A stretch of 64,000 nucleotides of DNA from Patescibacteria group bacterium (GTDB lineage: Bacteria > Patescibacteriota > Minisyncoccia > Phycocordibacterales > UBA9973): the NCBI GenBank assembly GCA_040390725.1, contig JAZJXT010000001.1, positions 85,070 through 149,069 of the forward strand, written 5' to 3'. Both the position numbers and the translations under genes were made by a program. The notes under the pieces were generated by a model. The model did no database searches. It was not told where the DNA came from and worked only from the letters and a program-made list of their open reading frames with translations. Below, piece by piece: positions 27,527 to 37,289 of the stretch. How positions within the stretch are numbered: the stretch's first letter is position 1; every line of letters begins with the position of its first letter.

Positions 27527-30202
27527 CTACTGACAACTCTCGCACATCAATCTTTCTTGCGGATCAATAGGACAAGTGTTCGCGACTTTTTCTACTTTTT
27601 TAACCATTAAATCAACTTCACTGTCAGATGGGAGGTTTGGAGCAACAATAGATTCTTCTACTTTTATTTCTTCAATTTTTATTTCTTCTGGTTTTTTTTC
27701 TCTCAAAGCTGCAAAACCTTTTCTGCCTTGAGCTTCAGATTTGTTCACATGCGTCGTTGATTGCTCAGCGGAGTGGCGAGGTTTCATATGCAAATAATAA
27801 GTAGTCTTCAAGCCTTTGTCCCAAGCAGTAGTATAGATGTTCATAATCTCATCTATGTCACGGATATCTAAATACATATTGCGGGAAATTCCCATGTCTA
27901 CCCATTTTTGGGCACGAGCTGCGACTTCGATATATGCATAAGCTGAAACAGAGAAAGATGTTTTGTAAATTCTTTTTATGTGATCAGGAATTTCAGAAAT
28001 ATTTTCCAAGTCTCCGTGATTTTCAAGAATTTTCTCGCGAGTTTTTTCCCAAAGATTTTCTTTTTGCAAAGCTTCGACGAGGTTTGGATTGATTTCTAAA
28101 TATTTTCCGGAAATTTTATTACGAGAGAACATTTGTGCAAAGCGAGGATCAATACCAGGGGAAGTGCCGGCGACGAGTCCGATATTTGCATTTGGAGCGA
28201 TAGCGAGGAGGGTAGCATTACGCATTCCTTTTTTAACTTTTGCTCGCAAGGTGTCCCAATCAAGCGCTGGCAATAATTTTGCAGATTCTTTGCGCACTGT
28301 CAGCTCGCGGTCGCGCATTTTTTCAAGTTTCGCCAAAGTATCTACCGGGACATTGCCTTTGGACCATTCAGAACCTTTAAAGTTTTTATATGAACCTCTT
28401 TCTTCTGCCATGTTCGCGCTTTCATCTATGGACATATACGAAATAAATTCAAAAACTTGATCAGCGAAATCATAAGCTTCGTTGTCTTCATAAGAATAGC
28501 CTAATTTCTCGATAGAGTCTGCAAATCCCATCAATCCTAGGCCTACAGCTCTGTTTTCAGAGTCCGCACGGCGAGCCTCTGGGATAGGAAGTTCATTAAT
28601 ATCTACGAGGTTGTCGAGCTGGCGAGTTGCTAGGCGAGTGCTTTGTTCTAACCTGTGCCAATCAATTTGTCCGTTTATAATGTGCCTAGACATATTGATA
28701 GAGACTAAATTACAAACTGCAACGTTGTCGCGATTGGTAGGCAAAGTGACTTCAGTGCAAAGGTTTGAACAGTGTATAGTGCCAGTATTATTATTTAAAG
28801 CGCGAACATTTATGGAGTCTTTCCATGTGAGCCATGGGTGGGAAGTAGTCTCAAGAGAAACCAAAATGTTTTTGTATTGCTGGCGAGCAGGCATAACGTG
28901 GAAAATTTTCATTTTCTTTTGTTTTGCCATTTCTACATATTCTTTGTAGCGTTTGGAAAAATCTTCTCCATAAAGTTCATTCAAATCAGGAACTTCTTTC
29001 GGATCAAATAAATACCATTCATCACCAGCTATGACGCGTTTCATAAATTCATCAGAAATATAAACTGCGGTGTTGGCTGTGCGAGCTCGACGATAATCAT
29101 CACCGTTGTTTTGTTTAAGGTCTAGGAAATCTTGGAAATTTAAATGCCAATTTTCCATGTAGAAACATAGTGCACCTTTTTTCTTGCCACCTCTTTGGAC
29201 TGCGCGAACAGCAGAGTCGATAATGTGCATAAATGGAATTGGTCCAGAAGAAACTGTGTTGTTGGATTTTAATAGGGAACCTTCAGCGCGGAGCTTGGTA
29301 ACGGAAAGACCGATGCCTCCTGTAGCCTTGGAAAGCAACAAAACATCTGAAACAGTTTTCCCGATGTGTTCCATGTCGTCATGAATTTCCATCAAGAAGC
29401 AGTTTGAAAGTTTTGGGTGTGGAGTACCGGCGCCGATATTTGTAGAACCAGCAGAAAGATATTCGAGTGATGACATTTTTTCATAAAACTTTTTTGCCCA
29501 GACATTCGGCTCGCTTTCATTTAAAGACATACCCATAGCCACACGCATCCAAAAATATTGAGGAGTTTCGAGTGGGGATTGTTTCTCGTCTTTCATTAAG
29601 TATCTGTTTTGCATTGTAGAAAGACCGGAGTACTTGTATAGGTCGTCTCTGTCGATATTTAAAGCATTAGCAAGTTCGTCTAAATTAAACATTGTTGCGA
29701 GTCTTTTATCGAGCAAATTCTTCTCAACTGCGTTTAAAATGTATTCTTTGAAATGGCTAGCGTGAAGTTTACCAAATTCTTCCTTGGAAATAGGCTTGGC
29801 CTCATTGTCTGGGTCATAATCACCCATAACTTTTTTGTAAATAACCTTCAAAAGTAGGCGAGTAGCTATTTTATCGAACTCTAAATCGTATTGAGTGTTT
29901 TGAAGAGCGGCATTTATGGTGGCGAGGTCGAGTTCTTCAGTAGTGATGCCATCATATAGAGTGATGCGAGTCTCAGTCGCTATCTGAATAACCTTGCTGA
30001 TAGGGTCATTGATGCCATAGCAAGCGCGTTCGATAGATTTGTTGATTCTATCGGCGTTAAATTGAACTTTTGAGCCGTCTTTTTTTGTAACTGTTGTTGT
30101 CATAGGGTATTTATTATACTCCTCCATTAAACTGTTATGCAAGGTGGATAACTCAAAAAATATCACAAGGAAAAGAGGGCCTAACTTCGTCAATATGTGC
30201 AC
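27527..30202 (-). CDS. nrdA: ribonucleoside-diphosphate reductase alpha subunit (class I) with ATP-cone
   Basis: ATP-cone (VTKKDGSKVQFNADRINKSIERAC); RNR catalytic core; C-terminal CESCQ tail. Likely true start at an internal Met (MEEYNKYP or MTTTV) about 25-33 codons downstream of the listed GTG. Confidence 0.9.
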   Translation of the reverse strand: MHILTKLGPLFLVIFFELSTLHNSLMEEYNKYPMTTTVTKKDGSKVQFNADRINKSIERACYGINDPISKVIQIATETRITLYDGITTEELDLATINAALQNTQYDLEFDKIATRLLLKVIYKKVMGDYDPDNEAKPISKEEFGKLHASHFKEYILNAVEKNLLDKRLATMFNLDELANALNIDRDDLYKYSGLSTMQNRYLMKDEKQSPLETPQYFWMRVAMGMSLNESEPNVWAKKFYEKMSSLEYLSAGSTNIGAGTPHPKLSNCFLMEIHDDMEHIGKTVSDVLLLSKATGGIGLSVTKLRAEGSLLKSNNTVSSGPIPFMHIIDSAVRAVQRGGKKKGALCFYMENWHLNFQDFLDLKQNNGDDYRRARTANTAVYISDEFMKRVIAGDEWYLFDPKEVPDLNELYGEDFSKRYKEYVEMAKQKKMKIFHVMPARQQYKNILVSLETTSHPWLTWKDSINVRALNNNTGTIHCSNLCTEVTLPTNRDNVAVCNLVSINMSRHIINGQIDWHRLEQSTRLATRQLDNLVDINELPIPEARRADSENRAVGLGLMGFADSIEKLGYSYEDNEAYDFADQVFEFISYMSIDESANMAEERGSYKNFKGSEWSKGNVPVDTLAKLEKMRDRELTVRKESAKLLPALDWDTLRAKVKKGMRNATLLAIAPNANIGLVAGTSPGIDPRFAQMFSRNKISGKYLEINPNLVEALQKENLWEKTREKILENHGDLENISEIPDHIKRIYKTSFSVSAYAYIEVAARAQKWVDMGISRNMYLDIRDIDEIMNIYTTAWDKGLKTTYYLHMKPRHSAEQSTTHVNKSEAQGRKGFAALREKKPEEIKIEEIKVEESIVAPNLPSDSEVDLMVKKVEKVANTCPIDPQERLMCESCQ

Positions 30203-30279
30203 TAAAAAAACCTTTGAAACTCTGCTATAATAGACCTATGTTTGAGAGAAAAAATAAAAATAAAAAAAAGATAAAAATT

Positions 30280-30726
30280 ATGGTCTTTGGTACCTTTGAT
30301 GGTGTGCATAAAGGGCATTTAAATTTTTTTAAACAGGCTAAAAATGTTGTAAAAAGTAAATTAAAAAATGCTGAGCCTTTTTTAATAGTTTCAATAGCGC
30401 GTGATAAGAATGTTTTTAAAATAAAAAATAGAATACCAACTTTTTCTGAAAAAGAACGTGTGAAGTTAGTAAAAAAATACAAAAATAATTCAGAGAATAA
30501 AGATAAAAGTTTAGTAGATAAAGTTGTACTAGGTGGCACCAAAAATTATATTCCGCACGTAATCAAAGAAAGACCGGATATAATAGCACTCGGTTATGAC
30601 CAAAAAGCCTATGTGAAAAACTTAAAAAAAGACTTAAAAAATAAAGGTCTTTTGGTAAAAGTTGTCAGACTAAAGTCACACAAGCCATACATATACAAAA
30701 ATGTCTTGCTAAAGAAAAAAAGATAG
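30280..30726 (+). CDS. cytidylyltransferase-fold nucleotidyltransferase (FAD synthetase/FMN adenylyltransferase-like, HxGH motif)
   Basis: GTFDGVHKGH (GxFDxxHxGH). The ORF-track start at 30214 lies upstream of a TATAAT box (30224-30229) and encodes a poly-Lys stretch, so the ATG at 30280 is preferred. Confidence 0.55.
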   Translation: MVFGTFDGVHKGHLNFFKQAKNVVKSKLKNAEPFLIVSIARDKNVFKIKNRIPTFSEKERVKLVKKYKNNSENKDKSLVDKVVLGGTKNYIPHVIKERPDIIALGYDQKAYVKNLKKDLKNKGLLVKVVRLKSHKPYIYKNVLLKKKR

Positions 30727-30828
30727 TTTTTAATTCCAAATATCTACTATATTAAACATATGTATAAGTTAGTAGAACATATTTGCATCTTAAAAAAACA
30801 CGATTTTTTTAAAAAAGAAGTTTACAAA

Positions 30829-31989
30829 TTAAATATCACTCCTGCTTATCGTCGATGCAATATAAACTCCAGAGAGCATTATTGCTCCTAGGATTATATA
30901 AAGAAAATTAAATGATGGAATAAATGCAAATGCTATTAAAGCAGAAAGTGGCCCTACTATATATGCGATGGGAAGGGTGTTGCGATACACACTGATATAT
31001 TCTTCATTTTCAGGTTTTATGTGTTTGAAAAAATAAACATCGCTCATCGTTTCTATCGTTGCGCCACCTACTCGAGTCATAAATAATGCTAATGCCCAGA
31101 TCCAGATCGCGTGTTGATGGATAAAAAATATAGACATTGTAGCGATGGATGCAATAAAAAAGCCTATCATTAGCATTTTTCTTTCACCTATTTTGTCTGC
31201 ATACTCACCGAGCCTAAAAGGCAAAATTGAAAAAGGGATAAGCATAATTGCGAATATTATGCCGATTTGTTGCCAGGTAAACCCTAAATGCACTGATAAA
31301 TATATCGGCGTATAAATGATCATCCAAGAAATAAAAAATTGTAAGAGAAAATTTATTTTATAACTACGAGATAAATGTGAGTCTTTAAAAAAAGTTTCCA
31401 CATATTTTATTATTTTCATTTTATCATAATTAGGATTTGGAATATTTTTTAGACCAAATAAAACAGTCAAAAAGAAAAGGAGCATTATTGTAAATCCTAT
31501 AAAATATATTGTTTGAAAGTGGAATGCACCCAATATTTTACTTGAAGCCAGCTGAGCTATTATCCAAGCCAGGTTCATCACGGCAATATACAATCCTCGT
31601 ACTTTGCCTGTTGCGGAATTTTTAGAAAATATTTTTAAAAGTTCATCTATTGAAAAAATAATTAAAATATTTGTTACAAAGTATAAGATAAATATTATTG
31701 CCGCAATACAAGAATTGTTTATAGAAGAAAATGTTAGTAAGGATAAAGCATCAATAAAGGCTAGAGAAAGTAAAAATTTACGTATACCTATTTTCTGCAG
31801 TATTTCCGGCGCTACTAAGAGTACTAATATTGAGGCTATTGCTCCTAGGGCATAAATAAGATTTATCAATTTTTCACCGACAAAGGAGGTGAGGAAGCTC
31901 GAGTTGATATAAGCCGTAAATGCCAAATGCAAAGAAAGTAAAAATCCTGCCAAGAAAATATTTTTTAATTTTGGAGCATCTTTGAACAT
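30829..31989 (-). CDS. MFS transporter (12 TMS)
   Basis: 386 aa; about 12 hydrophobic helices; MFS-like loop motifs. Confidence 0.75.
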   Translation of the reverse strand: MFKDAPKLKNIFLAGFLLSLHLAFTAYINSSFLTSFVGEKLINLIYALGAIASILVLLVAPEILQKIGIRKFLLSLAFIDALSLLTFSSINNSCIAAIIFILYFVTNILIIFSIDELLKIFSKNSATGKVRGLYIAVMNLAWIIAQLASSKILGAFHFQTIYFIGFTIMLLFFLTVLFGLKNIPNPNYDKMKIIKYVETFFKDSHLSRSYKINFLLQFFISWMIIYTPIYLSVHLGFTWQQIGIIFAIMLIPFSILPFRLGEYADKIGERKMLMIGFFIASIATMSIFFIHQHAIWIWALALFMTRVGGATIETMSDVYFFKHIKPENEEYISVYRNTLPIAYIVGPLSALIAFAFIPSFNFLYIILGAIMLSGVYIASTISRSDI

Positions 31990-31999
31990 TTTTTATTTT

Positions 32000-34030
32000 T
32001 TAAACAGCGATAATGACAGGAATAACCAAAGGTCTTTTTGCTGTTTTTTGGTAGAGATATTTTGATACAGTTTCTCCTAAGCTATTTTTAATATAGTCAA
32101 AGTCCATAGAGCTGGCATTGGGATGATTGTCTACTTCGAGTCGCGCAGGCATTTTGGCTGTAGCATCTTCGACTGATTTTTTAATAATTATTCGTACTTG
32201 ACGCAAGAGTTCTTGGTTTTCTTTTAGGTAAACAAAACCTCGTGAAATAAGGTCAGGGGACTTTTTAAGTCTACCTGTTTTTTGATCAATCAAAACCATA
32301 ATAACGAACATACCGTCTTGGGCTAGCATGACTCGGTCGCGGATAACTACGTCCTGTACATCACCGACAGATATGCCGTCTACCATCATCAGGCTCGAAG
32401 GGGCTTTTTCTTTTCGTACGGATAGTTTCTCGCCGTCGGGTGATATTTCAATAATAGATCCGTTGTCAGGAACTACGATGTGGTCTTCTCGCATGCCGAG
32501 TTCCATCGCGAGTTCTTTGTGAAGTTCCAAATGGTAGTGATTGCCGTGAATAGGAATAAAGAATTTCGGATGAGTTTTCCTGTGCAACCATTTTACATCT
32601 TCTTTATTACCGTGACCTGTCGCATGCACAAAGTCTTCACCGGGGGTGCGATAACTTATTATTTTTACACCTTGTCTGGAAAGTGCGTCTTTCATTTTTT
32701 GAACTTGTCGTTCATTGCCCGGCACAATAGAAGCGGAAAGAATAATAGTGTCGCCTTGGCGGATAGTAAATTTTTTGTCAGTTTTATTTGCTGCGCGATT
32801 TAATCCAGAGAATTCTTCACCTTGTCCGCCAGTTGTTAAAATAATTATTTTGTTTGGCGGATATTCATCTATTTCTTCCATGGAAATAATCGTGCCTTTT
32901 TTAGGAGTGTATAGTCCAGCTTCGAAAGCGACTTCCATGTTGGACTTCATTGAACGTCCGTTCAAAACAATTTTTTTATTTAAGTTTTCGGCGATTTGAA
33001 TAACTTTCACAAGGCGGGTAATGTGCGAAGCAAAAGCTGCGATAATCATCCTGCCGTTTACTTTTTTTATTAAATTCTCCAATCCTTGATGCACTTTTAT
33101 TTCCGGTAATGCAAAACCTTCGTTTTCAATATTTGTAGAGTCAGTCAATAACATAAGCACATTCATCTTATCGAAAATAGAATATTCTTTTTCTTCTTCG
33201 TCGGATACTATGCCGTCGACTTGGTCGAGTTTATAATCTCCGGGTGTTACGATATTTCCATGTGGAGTTTCAATAATTATTCCCATTGAGTCGGGGATAG
33301 TGTGAGTGACGCCGAAGAATCGGACTTTTATTTTTCCGCACATTATGACTTCGTCTTTTTCCACGACTTCTGTTTTCATCGCTGGCAAGTGGGGGAATTC
33401 TGCTTGTCTTTTTTTCATCATTAAGATGGAAAGATTTCTAGAATACACAGTAGGATTACCAATACGAGAAAGCACTAAAGGCACTCCACCGATATGGTCG
33501 AGGTGTCCGTGAGTTATGAGCATTGCGCGGATTTTGTCTTTGCGCTCTTCGAGGTAAGTAGTGTTTGGGATGACATAGTCTACTCCAGGAGTTTCTTCAT
33601 TTGAGAAGAACATCCCGGCGTCAATGACGATAATATCATCACCGATTTCTATTGCGGTCATGTTTTTACCGATTTCTTCGACTCCGCCGAGGGGAATTAT
33701 TCTGATTACGCCTTCTCCTGGAGGGGGAATCTTGCTATCCATTGTACTTCTGAAAGGTCTAGTGTTGCCACCTGGACGTCCTGCGGCACTCTGGCGACTT
33801 TTCCCAAATTTGGAATATTGGAAAGTTTTTTTTACCATTTGTTGTCTCTTGTCACCTGAAGTGTGACTAGGTGAATGATAAGGCGCGCGTGCATGCAGGG
33901 GGTGTGCTGGTGCCTGTGCCGACGTTGTCACATTTTTATTCTCTTCTTTTTTACCGTCAACACTGATTGCGCTGAAAGGCAGTCTGTTTTTTTTCTTCAT
34001 CATTTTATTTCTTTTTCTTTTTATTCTCAC
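32000..34030 (-). CDS. rnj: ribonuclease J (metallo-beta-lactamase/beta-CASP) with a basic N-terminal extension of about 110 aa
   Basis: HxHxDH motif (LITHGHLDHIGG); beta-CASP and C-terminal domain; canonical RNase J start would be near MDSKIPPPGEGVIRIIPLGG, but the frame stays open for a further 100 codons of Lys/Arg/Pro-rich sequence. Confidence 0.85.
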   Translation of the reverse strand: MRIKRKRNKMMKKKNRLPFSAISVDGKKEENKNVTTSAQAPAHPLHARAPYHSPSHTSGDKRQQMVKKTFQYSKFGKSRQSAAGRPGGNTRPFRSTMDSKIPPPGEGVIRIIPLGGVEEIGKNMTAIEIGDDIIVIDAGMFFSNEETPGVDYVIPNTTYLEERKDKIRAMLITHGHLDHIGGVPLVLSRIGNPTVYSRNLSILMMKKRQAEFPHLPAMKTEVVEKDEVIMCGKIKVRFFGVTHTIPDSMGIIIETPHGNIVTPGDYKLDQVDGIVSDEEEKEYSIFDKMNVLMLLTDSTNIENEGFALPEIKVHQGLENLIKKVNGRMIIAAFASHITRLVKVIQIAENLNKKIVLNGRSMKSNMEVAFEAGLYTPKKGTIISMEEIDEYPPNKIIILTTGGQGEEFSGLNRAANKTDKKFTIRQGDTIILSASIVPGNERQVQKMKDALSRQGVKIISYRTPGEDFVHATGHGNKEDVKWLHRKTHPKFFIPIHGNHYHLELHKELAMELGMREDHIVVPDNGSIIEISPDGEKLSVRKEKAPSSLMMVDGISVGDVQDVVIRDRVMLAQDGMFVIMVLIDQKTGRLKKSPDLISRGFVYLKENQELLRQVRIIIKKSVEDATAKMPARLEVDNHPNASSMDFDYIKNSLGETVSKYLYQKTAKRPLVIPVIIAV

Positions 34031-34076
34031 AACATTTAAGTGTAGAGATATAAGTTAATAATTTTTAATAATTTTT

Positions 34077-35864
34077 TTAGTTAAATTTGGAAAACATTTT
34101 CCAAACATTAGTTTTTTCTGTGTACCAAGAATATGAATTTGCAAATCTATCAGCAGGGGAGATCAAATGATCTATCGCAAGGCCGTTTAGATTTTTTGAA
34201 ACTGCGTAAATAAAATCAGGGCTGTAAATAAATACTGCCGGGCTGTCTTTTTTAATTTCATTTTCAAATTGAGCGTATTTTTTTACTCGGTTATTTTCAT
34301 CGAGCGTGACGAGCGCATCTTCTAAAATCTTATCCACTTTTGCATTGGTGTACATCGCTATGTTTAGCCCCGGGTCTTTCCTCTGTGAGGAATGCCAAAA
34401 TGCAAAAAGGTCGGATTCGTGGTTTATAATTTGTCCAAAAAGCAATGCGTCATATTTTCTAGGGCGTATAACGGATTGATTTAAATTTCCGACTTCAAAA
34501 GTTTTTACATCTACTTTCATTCCGATAGCTCGCAAATCTTCTGCTACTAGCTCTGCAGTCTTTGTGAGTTCTGGGGCATTGCCTGTAGAGATAGTGAATT
34601 CTATTGTATTTATTTTTGAAGCGGTGACGACTTTTGCCACAACCTTGCTTTTAGTCTTGCTTGTTTTTGCTTTTGTTTTGGGGACTGCTGTTTTTTCCAA
34701 GAATCCATCGGCATTTTTCTTCCATCCGTCTTTTGTCAAAATGTCTTGCGCTTTTTGTAAGTTTTCTTCACGAGAAGATTTATCTTCCTCAGTTAGCTTT
34801 TGATAAGCAATCATATTTGGCGGTATCGGGTCATCAATAGCTACACCATATCCGGATAAAACTTCACGCACAATTCTGTCTTTATCTACGGCTTGGTTTA
34901 TCGCTTCGATGACATGCTTGTCGGTGAAAATCTGCGCTTGGTTTTGATTAAAGAAAAGTCCAAAAACTCTCGGTAATACTGATGACTCTATTCTGTATCC
35001 TTTATTTTTTAATTTTTCTGCATTTTCCGGAGTGATGGAGCTGGCCTGGTTTATGTTTCCACCTTGCAATGCAGTTATTAAATCACCTTCATTTGGGTAA
35101 AATTTTAAAGTAATATTTTTTACATAAGGTTTACTCAAAATAAATTTACTAAAATATGAAAGTTCATATGAATCAATAATACCGGAAGATTGCTTGCTGA
35201 CATTTGAAACTTCATAAGGTCCGGAGCCTACAGGATTCATATTTGTTTCATTTAGTTCTATTGGGGAATTACTCCACAAGCTTTTCGGCATTATTCCCAA
35301 TGTAGCATTTTCTAAAAATGAAGCGTATGGCTGTTTCAAAGTAAATTTTATAGTTTTGTCATCTACTTTTTCAACATTTATGCCATCCCAATTTCCTTTT
35401 ATTGGGCTTTTTATTATAGGATCCTTGGCTTCACTAACTGTGAATATAATATCATCCGCTGTGACTGGCTTGCTGTCGTGGAAATATATTTTATCTTTTA
35501 AAGTGAAAGTGTATGTTAGGCCATCAGGTGATACATCATATTTTTCTGCTAGGTCCGGAGCCAGTGTTCCGTCTGGGTTTTTTCTCATAAGTCCTGAGTA
35601 AATGAGAGAGACTAAATCTTTGTCTGCGTCAGACAAAGCTAGTACTGGGTTTACAAAACGAGGAGCGCCGATTATTCCTTCAGAAATTGTTCCTCCACGC
35701 GCTGGCACCGAGACCATAAAAGATTTATTTACGCTTTCTAAGATAGCGATAGTACTAATAAATAGAATTGCCAAAAGTACAAAAAAAATCATCCATTCTT
35801 TTTTGGAAAAATAGGCGAGAGCTGAACGTATTTCGTTTTTATTTGGGAAAGACAAATTACTCAT
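34077..35864 (-). CDS. ABC transporter substrate-binding protein, family 5 (Opp/Dpp/Nik-like), membrane-anchored, orphan
   Basis: 595 aa; N-terminal TM anchor; SBP_bac_5-like core; no permease or ATPase genes adjacent. Confidence 0.75.
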   Translation of the reverse strand: MSNLSFPNKNEIRSALAYFSKKEWMIFFVLLAILFISTIAILESVNKSFMVSVPARGGTISEGIIGAPRFVNPVLALSDADKDLVSLIYSGLMRKNPDGTLAPDLAEKYDVSPDGLTYTFTLKDKIYFHDSKPVTADDIIFTVSEAKDPIIKSPIKGNWDGINVEKVDDKTIKFTLKQPYASFLENATLGIMPKSLWSNSPIELNETNMNPVGSGPYEVSNVSKQSSGIIDSYELSYFSKFILSKPYVKNITLKFYPNEGDLITALQGGNINQASSITPENAEKLKNKGYRIESSVLPRVFGLFFNQNQAQIFTDKHVIEAINQAVDKDRIVREVLSGYGVAIDDPIPPNMIAYQKLTEEDKSSREENLQKAQDILTKDGWKKNADGFLEKTAVPKTKAKTSKTKSKVVAKVVTASKINTIEFTISTGNAPELTKTAELVAEDLRAIGMKVDVKTFEVGNLNQSVIRPRKYDALLFGQIINHESDLFAFWHSSQRKDPGLNIAMYTNAKVDKILEDALVTLDENNRVKKYAQFENEIKKDSPAVFIYSPDFIYAVSKNLNGLAIDHLISPADRFANSYSWYTEKTNVWKMFSKFN

Positions 35865-35948
35865 AGTGATATAACATATTTTTTAAAAATCAAAATTAAA
35901 AAAATTCGCGTGAAAGGGGACAGGAAAGTTATTAGCTTTAGCTGGTAA

Positions 35949-36182
35949 CTATTTTATAATTATAGCAAGGAAAGCTGACAATGCAAAAAGGATTCCGCAA
36001 ACTATGGACAAAATAAAAAGAAACTTCTCGAAACCTCGGCGTGTATGATGGAAAGATCCGCTGTCGCCCCCGCCTAAAGCTCCGCCTACACCGGCGCCTG
36101 ATTGCTGGAGCATAATGGCTAGTATCAATACTACTGAAAAGATTATCTGCGCATATGGCAGTAATTTGGCTATTAATTGCAT
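35949..36182 (-). CDS. secG: preprotein translocase subunit SecG
   Basis: 77 aa, two TM; conserved LLQQSGAGVGGALGGG motif. Confidence 0.8.
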   Translation of the reverse strand: MQLIAKLLPYAQIIFSVVLILAIMLQQSGAGVGGALGGGDSGSFHHTRRGFEKFLFILSIVCGILFALSAFLAIIIK

Positions 36183-36243
36183 TTGGCTATTATTGCATAT
36201 TGTTGGTTAAAAAACAAGTTTTTTAGGGAATAACCCTAAACTA

Positions 36244-36273
36244 TTGCATTTTTTTACTAAATTCCTGTATAAT
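36244..36273 (+). promoter_or_regulatory. sigma70-like promoter (TTGCAT, 18 nt spacer, TATAAT) for the DHS-like gene
   Basis: TTGCAT at 36244-36249 and TATAAT at 36268-36273, 8 nt upstream of the ATG at 36281; ttaggg-aataa-ccctaa hairpin just upstream. Confidence 0.45.
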
Positions 36274-36280
36274 TGAGCCT

Positions 36281-37276
36281 ATGAAAAAAGAAATCACAAC
36301 GTTAGGCTTGTTTCAAAAATTATTCCATAATTTTAACGCGCGTCAGATGAAAGACGCTACTTTGGCTTATAAGAAACATTTGGACGAGGGCGGGAAAATG
36401 ATGCTAGCAATGGGGGGCGCGATGTCTTCTGCGCAGATGGGCGTGACTCTTGCGCCGATGATAAAAGAGGGGAAAATTCATGCAGTGTCTTGTACGGGAG
36501 CGAATTTGGAAGAATCTGTTTTTCGATTAGTTGCGCATGATAGTTATAAAGATTATCCAGACTATAGATATTTTACCAAAGAAGATGATCAGGCAATTCT
36601 AGAGAGAGGCGAGCGTCGTGTTACAGATACGAGTATCCCGGAAGAAGAAGCTTTTCGTGTGATGGAGCCGATTATTTTGAAATATTGGAAGGAGGCGGAA
36701 AAAAACGGTGAGCGTTTTTTTCCGCACGAATATTTTTACAAAATTTTATTGTCTGATGATTTGAAAGGAAAATACGAAGGTGACCCTGAAGCTTGCTGGC
36801 TCCTAGAAGCGGCAAAGAAAAATTTGCCGATGGTTGTGCCGGGCTGGGAAGATTCAACGCTCGGAAATATTTTTGCCGGATATTGCAAAGCAGGTGAGGT
36901 GAGCCCGACAGTAATGAAAGGTGGTATTGAATATATGATGTATCTATATGATAGATATCAAGAACTTTCAAAGGATGGTCCGGGTATTGGATTTTTCCAA
37001 ATCGGTGGAGGAATATCCGGAGACTTCCCGATATGCGTCGTGCCAAGTATTAAGTATGATTTAAAAAAAGAAGTTCGCCCTTGGGGATATTTCTGTCAGA
37101 TTTCAGATTCCACGACTTCTTATGGTTCATACTCTGGAGCGACTCCAAATGAAAAAATAACTTGGGATAAGCTCACAGTGGATACTCCGATGTTCGTCAT
37201 TGAGTCTGATGCCACTATCGTAGCTCCGCTTATTTTCGAAGCCATTCTCGACCGCTACAATATCGTAGAAAAGTGA
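36281..37276 (+). CDS. deoxyhypusine synthase family protein (homospermidine synthase-like)
   Basis: C-terminal QIGGGISGDF...SGATPNEKITWDKL...IVAPLIFEAIL aligns by eye with DHS ILGGGVVKHH...SGARPDEAVSWGKI...LVFPLLVAETF; NAD-binding GG motif (SCTGANLEE). Confidence 0.75.
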   Translation: MKKEITTLGLFQKLFHNFNARQMKDATLAYKKHLDEGGKMMLAMGGAMSSAQMGVTLAPMIKEGKIHAVSCTGANLEESVFRLVAHDSYKDYPDYRYFTKEDDQAILERGERRVTDTSIPEEEAFRVMEPIILKYWKEAEKNGERFFPHEYFYKILLSDDLKGKYEGDPEACWLLEAAKKNLPMVVPGWEDSTLGNIFAGYCKAGEVSPTVMKGGIEYMMYLYDRYQELSKDGPGIGFFQIGGGISGDFPICVVPSIKYDLKKEVRPWGYFCQISDSTTSYGSYSGATPNEKITWDKLTVDTPMFVIESDATIVAPLIFEAILDRYNIVEK

Positions 37277-37289
37277 TATAATAGCCAGT

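Noticed and set aside
28089-29384. Several plus-strand ORFs (28089-28460, 28611-28949, 29184-29384) inside nrdA
   Set aside because: Shadow ORFs opposite a long conserved gene; no start context or motifs.
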